Virus record (IMG/VR): IMGVR_UViG_3300035703_000008
Span: 62,001-126,000 of that record
Length of the DNA: 64,000 nt
Reading direction: 5' to 3' (one strand)
The stretch's first letter is position 1, and each line of letters begins with the position of its first letter. The notes below the pieces were generated by a model that searched no databases, was not told the DNA's origin, and saw only the letters and a list, made by a program, of their open reading frames with translations. Shown piece after piece: positions 24,740 through 34,112 of the stretch. The translations under genes were made by a program, and so were the position numbers.

Positions 24740-27700
24740 ATGCATAGCTGGCCAACCAGGCCCACTCGTAGCTTTTCCTGAGCTGTTCAAAATCCCCACC
24801 GACTTCTTCGTAGTAGGCCACGGCATCTTCGGCTCCCCACACTGACCATTCGCCGTAGGGTCCTTCTCCACCAGTGAGCCAGGCACGGAGACGATATTCG
24901 TTTTCTACGTCAGGCAGACTGGCTCGTAGTTTGATCGCTTCGCGGAAGGCCGTGCGCCACGCAGTCCAGGCATCGGTGTTGTAGCGAGCCACACCCGACA
25001 TGATGGGCACTACTTCGTGTGCATCGTCTAGTGTGAAGTCCAAGCCACGACCGGGATTGGCCAACACCAGGTTCTTGTTGTAGGCGATCATGGCCTGGTG
25101 TCCATAGATCAAGCGATTCACAGGATTCCTAGCATGGAAGATGTAGTGCTTGGGCTGTTGCATGCGATCCGGCTGCCATGACCAGTCAAAGTCTGGATTC
25201 ACATCCAACTTGGCAAACACAGCAAAGAACCAAGGCGTTTCACTGGCTCGAGCAGCGGCATGATAAGCAGCAGCACGGCCCGGCACTCGATCCACTCGCA
25301 CCAAGCGGTTGGGTTGGCCTTGTTTGCGCAACATCAGGCTGCCCCAGTTTCGGTCAGCTTGGGGTTCTCCATTGGAGATGTAGACGATGTCCAAGGGCTG
25401 GCCTTTTAGTGTGTCGCGATGGCTGCGATCGATGTGGGGATAATCGTACATCTGTGTTCGAATGTAAGGTACAGCATTCTTGGGCACCACCACTACGCCA
25501 GCACCGGGATCCATGGGAATGATGGTCTTGGTCTTTTCTCTCCAGAGACTCACTGTGGGCATCTTGGCGTTGCCCACATCTCTGTTGGCGAACACGGCCA
25601 AGGGTCCCGAGAACGTGCTCGAGATCACTGTGTCCACATGCGTGTCCTGATCATTGCGGATCACTGGCATGGGCCAACGCGGTACTCTCTGATCTTCGCA
25701 GTAGTTCACGGTCTCAAACCAATCTAGCAGTTCCAGTTCGTTGATCTTGTCTCTCAACGCCCGCACAGGCACATAGAATGTGTCACCGAATTTCTGTTCC
25801 GCACTGGGGAACACGTGCAGCATGTCACGTTGCCAGGCTTCGGGTTGCCACGAGAAATCAAATCTCGAATAGTCGCATACACTGCCCGTCACCCATATGT
25901 GTTCGGCTTCGACGTCGGCGATCAAGCGTTTTAGAGTGTCAAGATAATTATCAAAGTATCTCGCGGTCTTGACCACGCGATAGCGACCCTGCAGGAACTC
26001 AATGGTCTTTGGTGCTTCGGCATTGCCAAAATCTATCACATAGATGTCCGAGGCATCGGCAGGTGCTACCACTTGTTGATCCTGCACAAAATTAAGATTG
26101 GGAAACTCTTCTATGCCCGCAGCCCACTTGGCGTGCCGCTCGAACTCCCAGCGATTGATCAGGAATGTGTCCGACCATTTGTTCCACTGGCTACCAAACA
26201 CGTGAGTCATGAAGCTCTGCCAGGGCTGTGCGTGCCAAGCGAAATCAAAGTCTGAGTAGTCGTTTTCGCTGCCTATGACCCAGAATCTCATGCTCTTGGT
26301 CTTGGTGAGACAGCGTTGTATGGTGTCCATCACAGAATTTACATAACGCACTTTTTGTATGTGAGGATACTGTTCGCGAAGGCGTTCAAACCTCGACGCG
26401 CTCATGGCATTGCTGCGATCCATGTAAAAAATATCCAATACACGCACCACGGATTGAGGCTGTTCTTGGATGATCTGTGGAGGATCGCCGGCAAACTTGA
26501 GATCTTGGGCTCCGGGCACAGTGTAGGTGAGTCCCACTGATGCTTGATATTCTGTACCGAAGTGGTAGATATAAGGCGGCTCTTGTGGGTCGGGTATCCA
26601 TGAATAGTCGATGACATCGGCATCTACTTCTTCGGGCACTGACCATCGCGCGCGATCAGGCAAGATGCGGGCCAGTGGTTCGGTCATGAACTTGCGCTCA
26701 GTGGCACCTGGCACATGATATTCAATGGTGCTCATCTGTGTGGCAGGCCACCACTGGTTGCCAAACACATAGATGTAAGGCGGTGAGCCAGGATCGGGCC
26801 GCCAGGAACGATCAAACTCGAACACATGATCAGTAGTCACTTGCCAACACTGATCGGTGGCAACAAGACGTGCCTGCGGTTCAGACATGAATTTGCGTTC
26901 TGTTGCCCCAGGAACGCGATATTCTACCGTGGGCATGATCTCTGCAGGCCACCACTGATTGCCGAACACATAGATGTAAGCGGGCGATCCAGGATCGGGT
27001 TCCCACGAGTAGTCAAACTCGCAGTCATAATGCGTGACGAACTCGTTGGGTCTGGCTGCGCGTCGTGCTCGCGGTTCCGACATGTACTTGATCTCTGTGG
27101 CTCCAGTCACACGATACTGCAAGGCCGGACGTTGTTCAGGTGTGAGCCATTGGTTACCAAACACATAGACGTAGGCGGGATCTGTGGGATTTGGGCGCCA
27201 CGAATAATCAAACTCTTCGATGTCATCCAACTGCTCCCAGGCCGAGACATCCTGTGCTAGAGTGGCCACCGGTTCTGCCATGTACTTGATCTCAGTGCCA
27301 CCTGTGTTGTATACCACAGTGGGTTCCAGCACAGCAGGGTTCCACTGGTTGCCAAACACATAGGTCATGGGAGGATCAAAGGGATTGGGTTCCCACGAGT
27401 AATCAAAGTCGCTGACAGCGAGATTGTGGCCAAACAACGCAGGCTGCGGCAGTCTGCGTGTGCGTGTGTCCATGTACTTGACTTCGGTGGCACCCGGTAC
27501 CGTATATCGCACACTGGCTTTGTATTCAGCCGGGTTCCACTGGTTGCCCCACACATAGATGTAGGCCGGATCCCGAGGATTGGGTCGCCAGGTCCAGTCC
27601 CAATCCTCTTCGGCTATGGGTTCGAGGATTTCCCAGTGATCGCGCGATTCTGACAACTGCGCTCGCGGTTCATCCACGAACTTTTCTTGAGTCGCTCCAG

Positions 27701-30062
27701 CCACACGATAACGAACAGTGGGCATGACAGTACCAGGATAATGCTGATTACCAAAAACATAGATGTAGGGTTCCTCTGTGGTGTCAGGATGCCAGCTAAA
27801 ATCAAAATCGGTGATAGATTCTAACACCTCCCAGTGATGATCCTGGGAGGCCTTCCTTTGATGCACAATGTCAACAAACTTGCGTTCTTGGGCTCCAGGA
27901 ACCACATAGCAGGCTCCGCCGTTTCTCTGCCACTGGGTGGCAAACTCATAGATGTAGGCAGGGTCGCCCGGATCGGGACACCAGGTATAGTCCACGGTGC
28001 TGTCGTCAATGACATCGGGCGTGACCCAGTTTTCGAGGTTGGGCAGCAGCCTAGGACCTCCGGTCATGTACTTGCGCTCAGTGGCGCCCGGTACACGATA
28101 TTCCAGGGTGGGCATCTTTTCTGCAGGCCAGTGTTGATTGCCCCACACATAGATATAGGCCGGATCTCGGGGGTGTGGTCTCCATGACCAATCAAACGAT
28201 GCATCGTCGATGCTGTGCAATCTGTGCCAATTGATCTGGCTGGCCGACAATGTGGCACGTGGAGACTCGTGGTATTTGCGTTCTTCCGCGCCGGGCATGT
28301 GGAATACGGGTCCACCTTCGTCGTACCATTGCGTGCCGAACTCGTGGGTGTAGAGCGGATCAAGTGGGTTAGGATGCCAGGTGTAGTCAAACCCCACAAT
28401 GTTGTCGGGCACGGACCACAACGACAAGTCCTTGATTGATCTCACCCGGGGAGATTCCAGCAACTTGACCTCTCCGGCTCCGGGTACTGTGTACGTGACG
28501 CCACTGGCTGGTTGATGCTGGCTGGGGAAGTGATAGATGTAGGCAGGTTCTAGGGGATTGGGATGCCAGGTATAATCCACACTATCGGCATTGATCCAAG
28601 CTGGCACCGACCATGGCTCACGATCTCGAGCATGTGCTACTACCTGGAAGGCGTCTACGAGCTTGATCTCTGTGGCCCCAGGTACAGTGTACGTGACACC
28701 ACTCACTGGTTGATGTTGATCTGGGAAGTGGTAGATGTAGGGCGGATCAAGTGGATTGGGATGCCAGGTGTAGTCAACGCCAGTGACTTCAGCAGGTACG
28801 TTCCATGCGGTATGTTCAACCCGAGTGGTCCTGACTTGGAAAGCATCCACCATCTTGATCTCTGTAGCCCCAGGTACTGTATAGGTAACGCCACTAATGG
28901 GTTGGTGTTGATCCGGGAAGTGATAGATGTAGGGCGGATCTAGTGGGTTTGGGTGCCAAGTATAGTCAACATTGTCTACAAATTCAGGCACCGTCCAGTA
29001 TTCGCGATTTTCTTTGATTGCCTTGGCTTGGAAGGCATCCACCATCTTGATCTCTGTAGCCCCAGGTACTGTGTAGGTAACGCCACTTACCGGTTGATGT
29101 TGATCCGGGAAGTGATAGATGTAGGGTGGGTCAAGTGGGTTTGGGTGCCAGGTGTAATCAATACCTACTACTCCATCGGGCACTGACCAGTTTGTGTTGT
29201 CTGTTTTTTTAGTGGTTACTTGGAAAGCATCTGTGAGCTTGATCTCCGTGGCACCAGCGACCGTATAGGTAACGCCACTTACCGGTTGATGTTGATCCGG
29301 GAAGTGATAGATGTAGGGTGGGTCAAGTGGGTTTGGGTGCCAGGTGTAATCAATACCTACTACTCCATCGGGCACTGACCAGTTTGTGTTGTCTGTTTTT
29401 TTAGTGGTTACTTGGAAAGCATCCGTGAGCTTGATCTCTGTGGCACCAGGCACTGTATAGGTAACGCCACTCACTGGCTGGTGTTGATCTGGAAAGTGAT
29501 AGATGTAGGGCGGATCCAGTGGGTTTGGATGCCAGGTGTAGTCGACGCCGGTGATGTGTTGTGGCACCATCCAATTGGTAGGATCAGGTCTGCGTTGTGC
29601 TCGTTGATCGTGTACCAGTTTCGTGCCAGCAGTGCCGGGATACACGGGCCCGCCTGCACTCTGCCACTGTGTACCAAAATGATATTCATAGTCGGGTTCA
29701 GCGAAATCTGGATGCCAAGAGTAATCGAACCCAGTAGTGCCACGTGTGTTGAGCCACACAGACTCGTCGGCACGTCGTGTTATGCGTCGATCCTGATGAT
29801 AGTTGGTGTCAGTGTAGCCTGATTTGGGCACTAGGTATGTGCCTGAGTCTCGCTGCCATTGGCTGGGCCATGCATGACGTTGATGGCTTTGCCAAGGCAC
29901 CGGCTCCCAAAGCCAATCCCACCCTTGATAGTCCGATAAGTAGTTTACGATCCAGAAATATCGAGTGCGACTCAGTTCGCAGGCTTCTTGGATCGATGCT
30001 GCAGATCGTTCATGCGGGAAAAGTCCCGGCTTCTTACCACTGATATAGAAAACATCAAACAT
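24708..30062 (-). CDS. 1784-aa multidomain protein: 17 tandem ~64-aa repeats flanked by glycosyltransferase-like domains
   Basis: Repeat core D(Y/F)xWxPxPxDPxYxYxF(G/P)xQ. The C-terminal domain (LDIVYISNGE...AYHAAA...WRTAFREAIKL) resembles the 46116 protein. Confidence 0.85.
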   Translation of the reverse strand: MFDVFYISGKKPGLFPHERSAASIQEACELSRTRYFWIVNYLSDYQGWDWLWEPVPWQSHQRHAWPSQWQRDSGTYLVPKSGYTDTNYHQDRRITRRADESVWLNTRGTTGFDYSWHPDFAEPDYEYHFGTQWQSAGGPVYPGTAGTKLVHDQRAQRRPDPTNWMVPQHITGVDYTWHPNPLDPPYIYHFPDQHQPVSGVTYTVPGATEIKLTDAFQVTTKKTDNTNWSVPDGVVGIDYTWHPNPLDPPYIYHFPDQHQPVSGVTYTVAGATEIKLTDAFQVTTKKTDNTNWSVPDGVVGIDYTWHPNPLDPPYIYHFPDQHQPVSGVTYTVPGATEIKMVDAFQAKAIKENREYWTVPEFVDNVDYTWHPNPLDPPYIYHFPDQHQPISGVTYTVPGATEIKMVDAFQVRTTRVEHTAWNVPAEVTGVDYTWHPNPLDPPYIYHFPDQHQPVSGVTYTVPGATEIKLVDAFQVVAHARDREPWSVPAWINADSVDYTWHPNPLEPAYIYHFPSQHQPASGVTYTVPGAGEVKLLESPRVRSIKDLSLWSVPDNIVGFDYTWHPNPLDPLYTHEFGTQWYDEGGPVFHMPGAEERKYHESPRATLSASQINWHRLHSIDDASFDWSWRPHPRDPAYIYVWGNQHWPAEKMPTLEYRVPGATERKYMTGGPRLLPNLENWVTPDVIDDSTVDYTWCPDPGDPAYIYEFATQWQRNGGACYVVPGAQERKFVDIVHQRKASQDHHWEVLESITDFDFSWHPDTTEEPYIYVFGNQHYPGTVMPTVRYRVAGATQEKFVDEPRAQLSESRDHWEILEPIAEEDWDWTWRPNPRDPAYIYVWGNQWNPAEYKASVRYTVPGATEVKYMDTRTRRLPQPALFGHNLAVSDFDYSWEPNPFDPPMTYVFGNQWNPAVLEPTVVYNTGGTEIKYMAEPVATLAQDVSAWEQLDDIEEFDYSWRPNPTDPAYVYVFGNQWLTPEQRPALQYRVTGATEIKYMSEPRARRAARPNEFVTHYDCEFDYSWEPDPGSPAYIYVFGNQWWPAEIMPTVEYRVPGATERKFMSEPQARLVATDQCWQVTTDHVFEFDRSWRPDPGSPPYIYVFGNQWWPATQMSTIEYHVPGATERKFMTEPLARILPDRARWSVPEEVDADVIDYSWIPDPQEPPYIYHFGTEYQASVGLTYTVPGAQDLKFAGDPPQIIQEQPQSVVRVLDIFYMDRSNAMSASRFERLREQYPHIQKVRYVNSVMDTIQRCLTKTKSMRFWVIGSENDYSDFDFAWHAQPWQSFMTHVFGSQWNKWSDTFLINRWEFERHAKWAAGIEEFPNLNFVQDQQVVAPADASDIYVIDFGNAEAPKTIEFLQGRYRVVKTARYFDNYLDTLKRLIADVEAEHIWVTGSVCDYSRFDFSWQPEAWQRDMLHVFPSAEQKFGDTFYVPVRALRDKINELELLDWFETVNYCEDQRVPRWPMPVIRNDQDTHVDTVISSTFSGPLAVFANRDVGNAKMPTVSLWREKTKTIIPMDPGAGVVVVPKNAVPYIRTQMYDYPHIDRSHRDTLKGQPLDIVYISNGEPQADRNWGSLMLRKQGQPNRLVRVDRVPGRAAAYHAAARASETPWFFAVFAKLDVNPDFDWSWQPDRMQQPKHYIFHARNPVNRLIYGHQAMIAYNKNLVLANPGRGLDFTLDDAHEVVPIMSGVARYNTDAWTAWRTAFREAIKLRASLPDVENEYRLRAWLTGGEGPYGEWSVWGAEDAVAYYEEVGGDFEQLRKSYEWAWLASYAFMKRNLSPGR
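26520..29740 (-). repeat. in-frame tandem repeat array (~192-nt period, 17 units)
   Basis: 17 occurrences of the repeat core counted in the translation. Units at 29081 and 29273 are identical over roughly 150 nt. Confidence 0.85.
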
Positions 30063-31173
30063 GATTAGGATAGATGAGCTTTATAACAATACCTTTTGGC
30101 CTTACATCACCAAGAACATTCCCTTGACCCGACTGTTTTTCTGCGATCCGCCGGGGAGGAGCGACCCTGATGCGTTGTTTAACTTCGGCAGTGATACCAT
30201 AGAGTCTAATTATATATTCTTACATGACCAAGAGCCAATACATCTGGACATACATCGGCCCTTGTTTGATGATGTTGTTCGCCGGAATCTCGATCTCAAC
30301 AACGGACAAGGTGCCCGACATCGGGCCATAGTCACCAGCGAGTGGAACAGTGAATTCGTTGATCAAGTATGTAGCCAATATGACTGGAGCCACTACTATT
30401 ATTTCTGGCACGGATGGGCTGCATTGGATTGGTATCGTGGATATCACCGAACATTCCTGATGACTCCACCCGAAGATCGCGAGATACGCCGGAGCTTTAT
30501 CAGTCCCAATCGCATCATCGGCGGCAAGCGTGATCACCGTGTGCTGCTGCTGTATCATATCTTCAAGAACGGCGTCCGTAATGCCTGGGTCAGTTGCCCC
30601 GAAACATGTCCCTACGAAAACGTGCCTATCTCCGACATCGGTGCTCGATTCAGCGATCGTTACCAAGACATCGAACAGGTATTCAAAGATGCTCCTGTAC
30701 CTTTGCATTTCCCCGGAGAGACCGATCATCCCATGCACTCTTGCTGGTTGAGCTTGTTTGATCAAGTGGATGAGACCTTGGCCTATGTGGTGACAGAAAC
30801 TGTGTTTTTTGGGCGCAGAAATCACATCACAGAAAAAACATTCAAGCCCATCTGTCAGCAGCTACCATTCGTGCTGGCATCAACCGCAGGCAGCCTCGAG
30901 TATCTACGACGCTATGGTTTCCAGACATTTTCATCGATCTGGGACGAGAGCTACGACGAAGAAACCAACGATCTACTGCGCATAGAAAAGATCGCTGCTC
31001 TTCTCCGAGATCTCGATGCGATGACGCCGCGCGAACTCAATCAAATGTATCAGGCCGTCATGCCCATAGTAAAACACAACTATGAGCATTTCTACGGCGG
31101 TGGGTTTGAACGATTGCTCTGGCCCGAACTCACTGGTATGCTAGACAGGATCACCAATGATTTTCGAGTTTGA
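30061..31173 (+). CDS. glycosyltransferase-like protein (TEKTFKP family)
   Basis: VVTETVFF...HITEKTFKPI...PF...L.YLRRYGFQTF..IWDESYD. Confidence 0.65.
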   Translation: MIRIDELYNNTFWPYITKNIPLTRLFFCDPPGRSDPDALFNFGSDTIESNYIFLHDQEPIHLDIHRPLFDDVVRRNLDLNNGQGARHRAIVTSEWNSEFVDQVCSQYDWSHYYYFWHGWAALDWYRGYHRTFLMTPPEDREIRRSFISPNRIIGGKRDHRVLLLYHIFKNGVRNAWVSCPETCPYENVPISDIGARFSDRYQDIEQVFKDAPVPLHFPGETDHPMHSCWLSLFDQVDETLAYVVTETVFFGRRNHITEKTFKPICQQLPFVLASTAGSLEYLRRYGFQTFSSIWDESYDEETNDLLRIEKIAALLRDLDAMTPRELNQMYQAVMPIVKHNYEHFYGGGFERLLWPELTGMLDRITNDFRV

Positions 31174-32317
31174 TCGTTACTCGCAAGACAAACCCTATCC
31201 CAATCTCGCACGGCATCGCGCCGAAGCCTACACCCCCGAGTGGCGCAGGTTCAGCCATCATTGGCCGTTTTCAGAACCGCCCATGCTGATCGAATACATG
31301 CAAGACGAAGGCTTGGATTGGCGCAGCTCGGGACCCAGGGTGTTGTTGGTGGCCGTGAGTTTCTTTGATTTCAGCATACGATGGTTTGATCTCGTACCCG
31401 ATGAGCATCTCCGTGATCTACGCAAGGGCGATCTACATCTGTGTTTTTTCTACAGCGAAGGCGACAATCCTGCGGTGATACGCCGGCATCTCGAACAACA
31501 ATGTGAGGCTGCTGGCGTGAGCACAGATCAACTGATGTTGATCACTGCCAACTCAGCTGCTGACCTCTTGCCCAACTCGGCCTGGTTTGCCGACGACGAG
31601 CTCTTGTTCCGCAAAAGAAATCGTCGGCAGCCAGCCTTGCCTTATCACGAGCAGCCACGCCGTAGGATGTTTACAGCTCTGGTTCGCACACACAAATGGT
31701 GGAGAGCCACTGTGATGGCTGACCTATGGCGTCGAGACTATCATCAACTCGGTTACTTCAGTTACAATCCCGATGTAGCCGTAGGCGAACCTGAATCGGA
31801 AAATCCCATCGAAGTAGATCGCTGGGCAGGATTGAGATCAGCCACACACGAATTTTTGAAACAGAGATTCCAGGCCGACTCGCTCACAGCCGACGAGCAC
31901 AACGATCATCATCTCTTGGTGGCCGATCATTTCCAAGACAGCTATCTCAACATCGTGATAGAAACACACATGGATGTGGATCAAAGCGGAGGAGTGTTCC
32001 TCACCGAAAAAACATTCAAACCCATCAAGCACGCACAACCATTCGTGATATTTGGTGCCGCACACAGCCTAGCACGACTGAGAGACCTCGGATATCGGAC
32101 CTTTGACTCTGTGATTGATCCCAGCTATGACAGCATCGACAACACCACCGAACGCTATGAATGCTTGATGTATCTCTTGGATGAGATGCTGAGTCGTGGG
32201 CCCGAATACATGCATCGTCAGCTCCGGGCCTGTCGTACAGACCTCGAGCACAACCAGCAGCATTTTTTGTCAGACAAGAAACAGCGTTTAAATAACTTAC
32301 TAGGAAAATTCAAATGA
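31157..32317 (+). CDS. glycosyltransferase-like protein (TEKTFKP family)
   Basis: LNIVIETH...FLTEKTFKPIKHAQPF...LRDLGYRTFD.VIDPSYD. Confidence 0.65.
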   Translation: MIFEFDRYSQDKPYPNLARHRAEAYTPEWRRFSHHWPFSEPPMLIEYMQDEGLDWRSSGPRVLLVAVSFFDFSIRWFDLVPDEHLRDLRKGDLHLCFFYSEGDNPAVIRRHLEQQCEAAGVSTDQLMLITANSAADLLPNSAWFADDELLFRKRNRRQPALPYHEQPRRRMFTALVRTHKWWRATVMADLWRRDYHQLGYFSYNPDVAVGEPESENPIEVDRWAGLRSATHEFLKQRFQADSLTADEHNDHHLLVADHFQDSYLNIVIETHMDVDQSGGVFLTEKTFKPIKHAQPFVIFGAAHSLARLRDLGYRTFDSVIDPSYDSIDNTTERYECLMYLLDEMLSRGPEYMHRQLRACRTDLEHNQQHFLSDKKQRLNNLLGKFK

Positions 32318-33339
32318 AAAGAGTAAACTCATACACCAGCTGGCAACCCTTGGAAGAAGTCATCGTGGGCCGTGCCTATAGCCCCGACTATTTTGACTTC
32401 ATCGACGATGCCCAGGTCAGGAATCAACTGCAACAGATCCTGGCCGAGACCGAAGAAGATCTCAACAATCTTGCTCGTACCATCCAAGAATACGGAGCTG
32501 TAGTACAACGTCCTGATCTTCCCAGCAAGGACCAGTTCGTATGGTTCCAGACCGAAGGCGGTGGCGCACCACTTCCACCACTCACTCCTCGGGACTGGCA
32601 GATCACGCTAGGCGACAAGCTGTTGCGTGTGCTCAACATGAAAGAGCTGGATTCGATCTGTGCCCAGTACGGAGATCAAGTGATAAACCCGCATCGCAGC
32701 GAGTGGGACGAAGACTGCATACTCAACGGTGCATCAGCATCGTGCATCGTGCGTGTGGGCCGTGACGTGTTCTTTGACAATTCAGACTTCCTGCGCCCTG
32801 ATCAGACCCGTTGGATCGTTGACAATGTTCTAGGTCCCGAGTACCGCATACACGAAGCTGTCACCGACGGGCACGGCGATGCTGTGTTTGCCATCCTCAA
32901 GCCCGGTGTTCTCTTGAGTTCCAAGCATGATGTGAATCTAGACTTGGCACGCGACTTTCCGGGATGGGATGTATGCAAGATCTGGGATAGCTCGATCTGG
33001 GCAGCCATGGAAGTGGGCAAGTTCAAGTACGAAGAGTCACCAGGTGCATGGTATGTGCAAGGTCAGACACCCACAGCCGAGTTTACCAAGTTCGTGGATA
33101 CCTATCTCAACAAGTGGACCGGGTTCGTGGCAGAAACAGTGTTTGATGTCAACTGCTTGGTTCTCGACGAGTCTAACGTGATATTCTCGGCCTACAACAA
33201 AGAAGTGTTTGCCTACTGCGAAAAGCACGGTATCAACCCCATCATCTCAGAACTGCGTCACAGTTATTTCTGGGACGGCGGTATATCTTGTTGCACACAA
33301 GACATACACCGACGTGGTGGTCTTGAAACTTATCTTTAA
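32314..33339 (+). CDS. amidinotransferase (glycine/inosamine-phosphate amidinotransferase family)
   Basis: VNSYTSWQPLEEVIVGR, PRD, DGHGD (catalytic His), FDVNCL, DGGISCCT (catalytic Cys). Confidence 0.85.
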   Translation: MKRVNSYTSWQPLEEVIVGRAYSPDYFDFIDDAQVRNQLQQILAETEEDLNNLARTIQEYGAVVQRPDLPSKDQFVWFQTEGGGAPLPPLTPRDWQITLGDKLLRVLNMKELDSICAQYGDQVINPHRSEWDEDCILNGASASCIVRVGRDVFFDNSDFLRPDQTRWIVDNVLGPEYRIHEAVTDGHGDAVFAILKPGVLLSSKHDVNLDLARDFPGWDVCKIWDSSIWAAMEVGKFKYEESPGAWYVQGQTPTAEFTKFVDTYLNKWTGFVAETVFDVNCLVLDESNVIFSAYNKEVFAYCEKHGINPIISELRHSYFWDGGISCCTQDIHRRGGLETYL

Positions 33340-34112
33340 CGAGTACCAAACCCGGGGTCTGGATACCGAACACAGTTGGGATTTACGATCTGGAATCCTG
33401 ACAGATCTATTTCCTGTACTCCGGGACGATAATCTTCAATGTCGTTTATTATTGTTTTGGCCAACGCCAGGTTGTTCTCAGCTCCAAAATGATTGTAGCG
33501 GTTTTCGTCTACAGAAATAGCCGATCTGATTTCATCATCGGTACCAGTTCTCTCTCCCACAGAAATCTGCACCAACGGTGTGGTATAGATCACACAGTCA
33601 TCGCCGAGATAATGTTGTATTTGTTGTGTTTCCGTAAAACAATGGAAGTGTATCACAGGAATGCCCGGAAACATCGACGACAATTCTCGAAACCATTGTA
33701 TCATTGCCCATTGGTGGAAATTCCCGTCCCAGAGATGGGTATAATAAAATTTTCTTGCCTTGACTACGTCTGGGTCACTGGGTCTCACTGCTAAATCATC
33801 GTGACGAACCATAAGGTCATTGGTATCGTGACTGATCAACATCCTCCCCCAATCAGTGTGCATACATACCACTGCTTTCAATCTCGATCGATCCTGTGGA
33901 TTTCGATCGAGATGGCTGGTCATATGATGTCGGCTATACCACCAACCTTTGCCAGCAAAACCAAATAGTAACTGATCAGCATCAAAGTGGTCGCAGATCA
34001 GGTCCTGATAAGAGGGGTAGTCCTTGGAATAAAGCTGGTCCTTGTGCCAGCAAGCCCGTCCAGTATTAGAGAAACTGTCTCCAAAAAATAATATAGCCGG
34101 TTTTACGAGCAT
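33336..34112 (-). CDS. SGNH/GDSL-like hydrolase or acyltransferase
   Basis: LFFGDSFS, GFAGKGWW, NHFGAENN. Confidence 0.6.
   Translation of the reverse strand: MLVKPAILFFGDSFSNTGRACWHKDQLYSKDYPSYQDLICDHFDADQLLFGFAGKGWWYSRHHMTSHLDRNPQDRSRLKAVVCMHTDWGRMLISHDTNDLMVRHDDLAVRPSDPDVVKARKFYYTHLWDGNFHQWAMIQWFRELSSMFPGIPVIHFHCFTETQQIQHYLGDDCVIYTTPLVQISVGERTGTDDEIRSAISVDENRYNHFGAENNLALAKTIINDIEDYRPGVQEIDLSGFQIVNPNCVRYPDPGFGTR

Noticed and set aside
26520-29740. CRISPR array or diversity-generating retroelement template/variable repeat pair
   Set aside because: The repeats are in-frame 192-nt coding units with no unique spacers. Differences are mostly synonymous rather than adenine-specific, and there is no cas or reverse transcriptase gene in the window.
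30060-33339. Site-specific invertible segment bounded by CATG and TTAA
   Set aside because: No inverted repeats longer than the 4-bp palindromes, no recombinase in the window, and inversion at those centres would destroy the start and stop codons.
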